64,000 bases of DNA from Ramazzottius varieornatus (taxonomy: Eukaryota > Animalia > Tardigrada), in NCBI GenBank assembly GCA_001949185.1, contig BDGG01000002.1, positions 8,174,448 through 8,238,447 on the forward strand, in the 5' to 3' direction. The notes beneath the pieces were generated by a model. It saw only the letters and a program-made list of their open reading frames with translations. It had not been told where the DNA came from and made no database searches. A program made the translations under genes and the position numbers. Of this stretch, positions 51,201 through 63,200 are shown piece after piece. Numbering within the stretch: position 1 is the first letter of the stretch; the number at the start of each line of letters is the position of its first letter.

Positions 51201-54200
51201 ATTACACGACCTAAGACAAAGCCGGTAGAAGAAGCGAAACCACAAGAAGCTTCGGTAACCTTACCTACCACCAAGAAATCAAAAGAGGAAGAGAAACCCG
51301 AGGAAGAAACTGTGGCCACATTGTCTTCGCCAAAGAAACAACAAGAAGAAAAGCCTGTCGAAGAAGCTATGGCTGAAATTCGAAGACCAACGGGTCGAAA
51401 GCCGGTTGAAGAGAAAACAGAAGAAACCTCGGTAAATTTGCCTTCCCCCGTCAAGCCAAAGGAAGAGGAAAAGCCGACGGAGGAAGCGATCGGAGAAATT
51501 AAACGGCCAAAGGCAAAACCAGCCGATCAACGGCCAACAGAAGATGCTTCCGTCAGTCTGCCTCTTACGAGAAAGCCCAAGAAGCCCGAAGAATCAGAAA
51601 ATGTCGAAAGCTCGGCACAGCTGCAACGAGCTCCGGTCAAGAAGGCGGAAGAGGCAGCGGCAGAAGCCGCGCTGATTTTGCCACGAGAAGAGGAACGCAC
51701 CGAGACGGACGAGGAAGCATCGGAGAGTTTGTCACTGTCTGCTTCTCGACCTAAACGCCGATCTTTGGATGAGGAAATGAAAGAGGTCGAAGGGGAGAAG
51801 ACCATAAGGATGCCAGCTGCCGTACCGCAAGTCGAGGAAATCACATTGGTGGAAGAAACCGTTTTCGCCAAAGGTAATCAAAATTAGCGATAATTACGTA
51901 TGTTCGAACTGAGAATCATACTGGCTGAATTTCAGGTATCAGCGAAACGACAGTGGCGGAAGAAGAACAAACCGTGGAACTGCTGGTGATTACTAAAGAA
52001 GAAACGACGACGGAATGGACGATAGCTGAGACAAACACCGCAATTACTAACTCTGAGAAGTATACGATCGTCGATGACGGTCTGGTCCATAAATTGGTCA
52101 TCCACAACGTTGAGAAAGCAGACGCCGGGAAGTATATCTGTAAAGTCGGCACTGAAGAAACAACAGGGACGCTGATGGTCAGGGATCGACCTGTCCGCTT
52201 CACCGAGCTTTTAGAAGACACGACCGCTCAGCTGGGCGAAGATGTGGTCCTTATGGCAGAAGTGTCGAAGGACAACGCCACGGTCATATGGAAGAAACTA
52301 CGAAGACCCATTCAAGAGTCGCCGAGGTAAGCTGCGACATATCTCCCAAGTTTGACTCATTCAAACAGAAATCAGGCATCTTCTGACTGGACCGCCTGTA
52401 CGCGGGAGCCTGCTTTCTATTTTTGCTCAGCCATATGGGTTGCTGCAGTAGGAACCATGCGGTCGCTCACAGTTGGCCCGTGTGGAGACGCCTGATTTCT
52501 GTTTTATTGTCGAGGTTGGCTTATAGACTTTCTATGATAACTTCGGCTAAGTCCTCTTTTAGGATTGTTATGACGGCGGAAGGTAAGAAACGTACGTTGA
52601 CCATCAAAAAGGCAACATTTGAAGACAGCGGAACATACACCTGTCAAGTCGAGGATGAAACTACGAGCTCCAGGGTTCTGGTCCAGGCCGTGCCGGTTTT
52701 CAGCACTGAAGGAGTGCCGACAGAAGTAACACTGGACATTGGACAGCTATATCGCTACAAGATTCCGTTTGTCGGGGCACCAGAACCCACTGTCACCCTC
52801 CTCCATAACCGACAGGAAGTACCGCAGTCCGATGTGATTGCCTACCGCGTCGAAGAAGACCATGTGGCGGTCGTGTTGAAGAACGTCAAGGAAGCCAATG
52901 CTGGAGATTATACTGTCAAACTGGATAATGAACTTGGCCAAGATACCTTCAAGTTCTCCGTTACCATACGAGGTAAGACTATGAATGCCGGTAAACCGAA
53001 CGTGCAAGCTCGTTATCGAAGTGGCTTATGTCACCATCATTCTTGGCTGGCAGCGTGCGCCACTTGACATTATGATCTTGTACCTACGTGTCGCATGTAG
53101 ACCTCCCCAATAAACCACGGAAGTCTGGAGCCAAAGTGCGTCCAATGAAGCTTAGCTGACGTTAGTACTGTTCCATAGGTAAACCGTCGGCACCAAGGGA
53201 AGTCAAAGTGACGGAAGTAACCGGAGAAACCATCACGGTTGAATGGAGCGTACCCGAGTCAACCGGTGGCAGTCCCATCACCGGTTACGTTGTGGAGCGA
53301 CTGGACACTGAACGACGCAACTGGAAGCGTACCGCCACCACCAGTGACACCAAAGCCACCATCGTCAACTTGATCACAGGCCAAGCTTACAGGTTCCGAG
53401 TATCTGCGGAAAATGCCGTCGGCTTCAGCGAGCCCACCGAAACTACCGAGCCCGTCGTAGCCAAAGAACCCTTCGAAGTATCCAGCGCGCCTTCCCAACC
53501 CACCATCAGCGAAGTGAGCGGACCCAGCGTGACCATAAAATGGGCTGCTCCAACGGAAAACGGCAACACGCCCATCCTGGGTTATCATGTTGAAACGCGT
53601 CAGCTGCCATCCAAGAAGTGGGTAAAGGTAACCAAAACGTTAGTCACCGCCGAAACTTACACCGTGACGGAGCTGTTAGAGAACAACGAATACGAGTTCC
53701 GAGTCATCGCTGTCAACAAAGTTGGACCGAGTCCCCCCAGTGTGGGAACGTTGCCCATCAAAATCAAGCCGCTGTACGAGAAACCTTCACCACCGACAAA
53801 TGTCTCGGCGGAAGTGACTTCGGCCACTTCAGTGACTGTAACTTGGAACCCACCCACTAGCGACGGTGGTACTCCCGTCACCCATTACGTGGTGGAGTAC
53901 AAAGCGCTGGATGATCGTACATGGAAAGCCACATCCGATATTCCAGGTAGGAATTTGGGACATGGGTGAATGATTCGAACCAAATAGCTCACTGAAGTGG
54001 CGCACACATGCAGCCAGTTGCAATTGGAACGTGCGCCACTAGAAATAACGACCTGTTCGAGTTTGATTGTTTCCTAAAGCAGCGCACGGTTTCAGTATTG
54101 TTGGGTGAAAGCGTGCGCTACTTTGAAGCGATCTCATTCGCCCCTTCGATATTCTTTGACTAAACACATTTATTTTTTAGCGCCAACTACGAGCTTTAGT

Positions 54201-57200
54201 GTTGAGAAACTAAAGACCGAGGTGGAGTACACGTTCCGCGTGAAAGCCGTCAACAAAGTCGGCCCAAGTGACACGGCGCAAGCCGAAGGAACCTTCCGAC
54301 CAACACCAGCTAAGCCACAAGGAACGGCGCCGAAAGTGACGCCCGTCGAAGAAACCTCGTTGACTATCAAAGCGTTGGAAGGTCAGCCGATAAGCGCAGT
54401 GTTCGACGTGACAGGCCAGCCGACTCCCACCGTCACATGGACCAAGAATGGTAAAGTGATCAAATCCAGCGAAGATCGTCGGCTGACAGTGGAAGACGGT
54501 AAAGCCACCATGACCATCGAGCATGCCGAGCTGCTGCATTCAGCGACCTACACTGTGGAAAGCACCAACCCGTTGGGAAGTGACAAGGCGACGTTCGCTG
54601 TGATAGTTCAAGCGCCTCCTACAGTGACAGCTGATCAAGTTGAACATAAAGTGGTTTTTGAAGAAACTTGCACCATGAAGGTAATTTCCCGCAACAAGCT
54701 GGAAGCAAATTCGACACTATTGTTTTCCCAAGTGGCGCACATCTTCAGTGTTATCAGCTGAAAGCGTGCGACCCGATCTTGGCGACTTTGTTCGTCTAGA
54801 TTCTGACTGGTATACAAGTGAAAAAATCTTAATTCGTAATTGGTTTCCGTACAGGTTAAATTCAACGGTGTACCGCCACCCACCATCAGCTGGACGAAAG
54901 ACGACAAGCCCGTCGTAGTTGACCGTCGAACACAGATCGACACCAACGGAGCCAGCTCGAAGTTGACCATCAAGAAAGTACAGCCGGACGACCAAGGCAC
55001 CTACGAAGTGACAGTCAGTAGCGAAACCGGTCAAGCTACCGTCTCCATGTCCCTGGCGGTCTCTTCTGCCCCGTCTGCACCAAGCGGTCCGCTGACCGTC
55101 AGCGACATAACCGACACCACCTGTAAGATCACCTGGGGACCCCCAGAAAGCGACGGCGGCCAGCCACTGACCGAGTACGTCATCGAGAAGCGTGATGTAA
55201 GGAAGACGACGTGGGTCCGCGTCAAGACGGTCAAGACCGACGTCACAAGCACCACAGTGGAAGGACTGCTGGAAGGCGTTGATTATTTGATCCGAGTCAG
55301 TGCCGTCAACAAAATCGGCACCAGTACGCCTCTGGAAACCGACAAGCCCGTCACACCCAAGAGCCAATTTACGGTGCCGTCTGCCCCAGTCGGACCGTTG
55401 ACGTCTTCCGACATTACGACCGAGTCGGTCACGCTGAGCTGGCAACCACCAGCCAGTACCGGTGGCCAACCCTTGCTTTCCTACACCATCGAAAGGAAGG
55501 AACATCTGAAGCGAGCCTGGACGAAAACGGCGGTAACGGAAGGCAACATGACAAGTTTCACCGTCAAGAAACTGACGGAAGATACCGAGTACGAGTTCAG
55601 GGTGTTGGCCGTCAACAGCAAAGGCCCCAGCGAGCCGCTGACGACAGAGAAGACGGTCAAAACCCGACGAGCGCTACAAGCCCCAGGTGCACCAGCGCCA
55701 CCTGTGCGAGCCACAGCCACCTCAGAGACGCTGGTCTTTGAATGGTCACCACCAACGGAGAACGGAGGCGCCCCCTTGACGGAATACGAAATTGTGATCA
55801 CAGACGTCACGACTGGCAGTAGCAAGACCAGAACGACGAAACCCTACGAGACATCGTACGAAGTGACAGATGTCAAGGTTGAGCATACTTACGTGGCGGA
55901 AGTTAGGGCGGCTAATAAGGTTGGCAAAGGACCATCGACCAAGTCCGATGAAGTGACGGTACTGGGTAAAGTGCAACCGCCATCGTCACCTAGTGGTCCC
56001 CTGACCGTCGACCAAGTCGGCGACAGCGCCGCGACGTTAGCCTGGCAGCCACCTGAGTCGGATGGCGGAGCTCCTGTAACCAACTACCTGATCGAAGGAC
56101 AGGATAACGTCTCCAAGAAGTGGTACTTGATGAAAGACAGAGCGGCCGCAGAGCTCACGCTCCGGACTGACAAGCTGGAAGAGGACCGAGAGTACCAGTT
56201 CCGCGTCTCCGCCAAGAACGTCGCCGGTATCAGTAGGCCACTTGAGACCAACCAGCCATTCCGCCTGCGCAAGCCCACACAACCTGAAGGACAGGAAACT
56301 AACCTGACGGATGTCCTGCATGTTATTGATGCTACACGGACCTCTGTCGATCTAGAATGGGACAAGTACGAAGCAACGCCTGATCAAGAAGAGCCCATCA
56401 CCTATCGCATCTACAAGCGAAACTCGGGTCGAACCACCTGGATAAAAGTGACAGAGACTATCGAGCGACGGGTGAAGGTAAAGGACTTGGACAAGAATAC
56501 CGCATATGACTTCAGCGTATCAGCTGTGGCCAAAGACGAGAAGGAGAAGCCTCTCTTCGCAGTGTCGGACGTCCACACCAAAGACACCGGTAAGTATCTC
56601 ACTAATTGGAAGCTCGGGAAACAAACTCTGTCACATGGTTTTCCAAAGTGAAACATGCAGCCAGCCAATGTCACCGACAACGTGCGCCGGTTTGGAAAAA
56701 ACAATCACACGTGAACAGGACTTTATTCTAAGTGGCGCACGCTATAAGCCAAAAGCCTCGACAATATGGGTCACTTCAGGAAACGATCTTGTCGCGTTTG
56801 CCGGCCGAGATTCCAGTTATAATATTACTGTAATGCTTCTCCAACTTCGCGAAACACGTCATAATACGCGCGGAACATCTCCCGGGGGTTGGTAGGGTAT
56901 AGTCACCGGACCAGCGTTTAACTCCACGAGTACAATCACGTGATTCGCGAAGTTCAAGAAGCACTACAGTAGTTTTATATATTGATTAGTTTTGATGGAT
57001 TTGTTATTATAGAAGCGCCATCGGCACCTGAGAACACTATCCTGACTACCGACGCGGAAGGCCATCCCGTGCTGGAATGGAAAGCTCCAGCGGACGATGG
57101 TGGCGCCGACGTAATCGGCTATCACATTCACTTGCGTCACAGTGGTTCTACCACCTGGAAGAAGATCTCGACACAAGTCATCCGCAAGTGTCGTTATGTG

Positions 57201-60200
57201 GTGGACAACCTCAAGGCCGGTGACGAAGCCGATGCCCAAGTGACGGCGGTCAACGAGAAGGGCGAAGGCCAACCCAGTCGACCACCCGTCCACATCGTCA
57301 TGCCGGAAGCCCAAAAGCCCAAGGAGCTGCCACCCGGCATGGAAGCCCCCACTATCACAATCCGCAGGCCCCTTATCGAGGTACCTTTGAGTGACTCATT
57401 CACGGTCGAAGCCGCCTTAACTGGTTTACCTTACCCCACAACGCAATGGAAATTCAACGATACCGCCATCACTGAAACCCGAAGAATCAAAATCGAAGAA
57501 CGCAAGACAATCAAGACGGTCAAGTTGACAAACAGCAAGTCGGAGACCACCGACAGCGGAACATACACCATCACGGTTAGTAACCCCGCGGGAGACGCTA
57601 CCGCCACCGTCACAGTCAAGGTCCTGACCAAGCCTGGTCTGCCAGCTTCCTTGGGGCTCGACCAAGTCACCAGCGACTCTGTCAAGCTGATCTGGACAGC
57701 GCCCGAAGACGACGGGGGCAAACCTGTCAAGTCGTACATCGTCGAGAAACGTCTGGCCAACAAAACGCTGTGGACCAAGGTGGAAACGACAACGAATACC
57801 GAAGTCACTGTTACGAAGCTGACCAAAGGCACGGCTTACCATCTGAGAGTGAGAGCAGTGACTGACCAGGGAGAAGGACCCAATGCCGAAGTGGGACCTA
57901 TCACACCGGGTGAAACGGTACCTGAGGAGAAACCGCTGACAGTCGAGGAAGAGAAATTACCAGAGGAGAAAACGGGAAAGGTAGCGCCAGGTGAAACTGT
58001 GGAACCAAAGACGGTGAAGAAGAGCCTGGGTGAAACAGCACAGAAGCCAACTTTGAGCTTCCAGGACGAACAAGTGGAAGCCAAAGAAGGCCAGCCGATC
58101 AAGTTGGCGGTTAAGTATACCGGAACACCAACGCCGCAGATTAGTTTTTACCATGAGGATGAAGCCAAGCCATTGACGCCATCACGAAAGGTCCAGATTG
58201 AAGATCGACCGAAAGAGTCAACCGTTACGTTGACTATTCCCAAAGCGGAAGTGACGGATGCCGGAACTTACACTGTCAAGGCCCACAACGCCGAAGGTGG
58301 GTTAAATGAACTGTGCTATGAATCAAAAACGAAATCGGCAAACAACAGCAAGATTGCTTCCCAGGTGGCGCACATTTTTGGCGTGCGCCACTTGGAGGAA
58401 CTTAACCAGATTGTTTGCCCGAGTGGCGCACATTTTCCGTTTCACGGGCTAGCGGCGTGCGCCACTTGGGAAAATGATCTTGTTGTGTGGGTTTGCTGAC
58501 CTCCCGAAAATGATTATAAACAGTTTCCAGTAAATTTAATTTTCCATTTCAGGCGACGAGCTGGCGACGGCCAGCGTAGTCGTTTTATCCAAGCCATCCG
58601 TACCAGAGCGCTTGGCGGTTTCGGACGTGACGGATACGTCGGTAACGCTGACATGGGATGCACCAAAGACCCTGGGTGACGACCAGACCAAAGTTAAGTA
58701 TACCGTGGAACGACGAGCTGCCAACAGAACTGTCTGGCAGAAAGTGACCACCACGAAAGATACGAAATTGACGGTGGAGGACTTGAACAAAGATACCAAG
58801 TACCATTTCCGCGTTACTGCGGAGAACCCACAGGGACAAAGCCAGCCGGTGGAAGTTGGTCCCATTGCCACCGAAGCAGTCAAACCAAGTATGTGTTAAA
58901 TGACGGGAGGACGGCACACGCGCAAGATCGGGCTCCCAAGTGGCACACGTTCTCGCTGTAGTGAACTGGAAGAGTGCGCCACTGGAGAACGTCATGTCAA
59001 GCGGCGCATGTTTCCATTGCTAATGCCTTGTAATGTGCGCCACCTAAGATCTCAGTCTTGCGCATTTCATCTGCCGCCTTCCCAAACCACGATGCATTCA
59101 TCGGTTAGACTTTTGATTATCACATATCTCTCTTTTAACAGCAGTGAAAGCGCCGAAGGAAAAGTCGCCGGTATCAAACGTACCGGAATCTTTACCGATC
59201 GAAGAAAAGGACTTGCCTGACATCATCGAGCTCATCCAGACACCCAAGCCAGAGCGCCGTGATGAGACCTTAGTTGCCCCAACTGTCAAGTTCCAAGCCG
59301 CAGAAGTAACGGTAGCCGAAGGTGAGCCCATCAAGCTGAAGGTAACTTACTCCGGAACACCAGCACCGAAAGTTCACTTCTATCACGACGACGAGACCAC
59401 TCCACTGACGGCTTCTCGAAGACTCAAGATCGACGAATCACCCAAAGATACTTCCGTCACGCTGACCATCCCGAAAGCCGAAGCTCCCGACGCGGGAACG
59501 TACACGGTGAAGGCTATGAACGAGCAAGGCGAGGAAGTAGCCACAGCTAGTATAACGGTCCTGTCAAAGCCGTCAATGCCCCAAGATGTGGCAGTGACTG
59601 ACATGACGAACACATCCGTGACGCTGACCTGGAAGGCACCAGCTATTCCAGGGGATGACCAGAAGAACGTCAAGTATGTGGTCGAACGAAGGGCAGCTAC
59701 GAGGACGATATGGCAAAAAGTAACGACCACGAAGGAGACCACGGTGACGGTGGAAGAGTTGAGCAAAGGCACTAACTACTACTTCCGCGTCCGAGCGGAG
59801 AACCCACAAGGCCAAAGTGAGCCCGCGCAGATTGGACCTATCGAAATTCAAGCACAACCGCAAGGTACGTCAGCTGAGACGATTTTATTTCCTGTAGGGT
59901 TTTAAACTCAGTTGATGACTTGATTCTAGAAGAAAAGCCCCTTGAACAAAAAGTATTAACTGCGGAAGTGAAAGAAGAACCGAAAGTCAAGCCAGCCAAA
60001 ACAGAGCAAGTCATGACGGAAGAACCTGGAAAGAAGGAGAAATCAGTAGAGGCTCAAACTGCGGCAAAAGCCACCGAAGAGAAAGTCAAGCCCGTAGAAG
60101 CAGAGGTGGCGCCAACGGTAACGCTCAGTAAGTCTGACATTACAGCCAGCCTGAAAGAAACCGTCAAGATAACCGCCACGTACACGGGCAAACCTCGTCC

Positions 60201-63200
60201 CACCATTACCTGGCTGAAAGACGGTTCACGGCTCGCCCCTTCTCGAAACATCTCAGTGGAAGATCGTGTGCGTGCTAATGTATCCGTTCTAACCCTCACT
60301 AACCTCACTGCTGAAGATGCCGGTGTGTACACTGTCTCGGCTGACGACGTGACAGCTGAATGCATGGTGAAGGTCCTGCGACCGCCCGGAAAGCCCACCA
60401 ACTACTCGGTCAGCGATGTGACACAGGACAGTGCAACGTTGAGCTGGGACGCTCCTACCGACGATGGAGGCGAACCGGTCAAACAGTACATCATCAGAAA
60501 GAAGGTAACGGGTAAGACTACCTGGACCAAAGTTACCACCAGCAGAGAACGAAAAGTGGTGGTGAAGGACTTGACCAAGGGTACGTCCTACGACTTCAGC
60601 ATCTCTGCAGAAAATCCACAAGGTACGGTACAGTAGATGAACTGGAACCTTAGCCTTCGAGAAGATCGTTTTCCTAGGTGGCGCATGTGTCTAGCCATTT
60701 GCGCCGAATACATGCGCCACTTGGCAGAACAGTCTTGAAGTGTTTGTTTGCCGAGCTTCCATCTAACGTTGGCTAGAAGTTTTATGTAACATTTCACTTG
60801 GCCTCAAGGCGAAGGAACACCGCTGGAGATTACCGGTATCACAACAAAGCCCGAAGAGCCCCTTGTCAAACCAACCAAGCCACAAGTCACACCTTCCCTG
60901 ACCATCAGCCGAGCCGATCAAACGGTCAAGCTTGGCAAACCCGTCGATATTGATGTTACCTTCACCGGAGAGCCTCGCCCTAAAGTCACCGTCTACTTCA
61001 ACGATGTCGAAGTCACCACGTCCCGTCGTGTCAAGCTAGAAGAAGCCAGGAAAGAGCCCCGAGCCACATTCACCATCACCCAGACCGAGCTGACCGACAG
61101 CGGCAAGTATACCATCAAGGCCACCAACGACGCGGGAGTGACCACAGCCGAGTTCACTCTACGGGTAGTCACAACGGCCAGTCAACCCAGAGAACTGACC
61201 GTGACGGAGATTACGACGACTAGCGCGACCATCAGCTGGAAGGAGCCTGAAAGCGACGGCGGAAGTCCAGTTACAAGTTACGTTGTACTGAAACAAACGT
61301 CGGGTGGACCGTGGCAGAAAGTGACCACGGTCAAGGCTACGGAAAGGGGTTGCGCGATCAGAGATCTGCTGCAAAAGACCAAGTACTACTTTCGGGTTGT
61401 GCCTGTCACGGATCAAGGTGAAGGACAGCCCGCGGAAGTTGGACCAGTAACTGCCACCGGTAAGTAAGGCTGTGCAACTGCAAAAGTGCGCCACTTGTAT
61501 AACAATCAAACTGGACAAGATTATTTTTCCTGTGGCGCACCCTATCGAGTTGTTACAATTAAGGCGTGCGCCACTTCAGATAGCGATCTGGGTGAAGTCT
61601 TTTGCCGATGTTCCATCTCCAAACAGTATTTGAATTAACTCAATTTGATTTTTCTATTCGCAGAAATCACGAAAGAAGCTCCAGCACCTATTCAGCCAGC
61701 GCTAAAACCCGTAGAACCGACCAAAGCCATTCCAGAAACCGTTCCGACTATCACCCTATCCAAGCCAGCCGAAGCCATCACGGTCGGTTCGCCCTTCGAC
61801 GTCGACTTTACTATCAGTGGCCATCCCAAAGCGGAAGTGACCTGTTACCACAGCGATGCAGTCTTGAAAGAAAGCCGACGAGTTACACTGAAAGAGCGTC
61901 ACACTGGAAAGTTCACCCTGAGCATCACCAAGGCCGAAATGAGCGACAGCGGAACGTACAGGATCGTCGTCAAAAACCGCAACGGCGAAGCCGAAGTGGA
62001 ATTCACGCTAAAAGTCCTGTCGAAACCCACAGCGCCGGAGAGTCTAACAGCCACCGAGATCACTTCTCAATCCGTCACGCTAACTTGGACAACACCAACG
62101 GAAGATGGTGGCAAGCCGTTGACACACTACACGGTCTACAAACGAGTGACGACAAGAACTGTCTGGCAGAAAGTCACTCGCGTCACATCGACCACCACCT
62201 CGGTAACGGTGGAGGAACTACAAGCTAGCACCGCTTACGACTTTTACGTCACAGCCCAGAATGAAATTGGCGAGAGCGAAGGCGCCGAACTCAGCCGCAT
62301 CCGAACTGAAGAAGCGAAGAAGCCTGAGAAGGTGGCGCCACGAGGATCCGTTGATAAAGGTGATAGACGTAAGCCATCGTTGGTGCCCGCCGAAGAGAAG
62401 GAAACGCTGGTCACACCAACTATTCATCTGAGCAAGAGCAACGTAACAACGACCATCAACCAGCTTGTTCAAATATCGGTTACCTTCTCGGGAGAACCAC
62501 GCCCGAAGCTGACGGTGTACCATAACGATGTCCTGATCGACACGGTGGCATCGCGTCATTATCAACTGGACGAACGTCGACATGATATGATGGCCACGTT
62601 TAGCATCACAAGAACGGAGCTGAGTGACACCGGAACCTACAAGATCAAAGCTACTAGCCCTGCTGGAGAAACTAGCGCTGAATTTACTCTAAAGGTAAAT
62701 AGAAAAATGCCCTTGTTTGAGCCTAAAAAGTAGAAACCAGTCTCCTGCATCATGGCTGACATGCACAGGTTACCATGATTTCTATGTTTTTTTGCAGGTT
62801 TTGACCAAAGCCGGCCCTCCAACTCAAGCCTCCGCTACCGACGTTACTACCGCCAGTGCCACCATAAGCTGGCAGCCTCCTACACAAGATGGTGGCTCGC
62901 CCATCAAGCAGTACATTATTGAGAAGAAGGTGTCCACTCGCTCAACGTGGATTCGAGTAACGACCACCAAGACCACGGAAGTGACCATTACCGAGCTGAA
63001 CGAAGACACCAGCTACGACTTCCGCATTCGAGCAGAGACGGACTATGGCGAAGGGGAGAATGCCGAGTTGGTGAATGTCAAGACCAAAACTGTGGAGATC
63101 AAGAAGGAAGTGAAGGTAGTCGAGACGAAGAGAGAGCAAGGACCAGCTGCGACGACGCCAACAGTTACCATCAGTAAATCCAGCATCTCAGTGGGAACTA

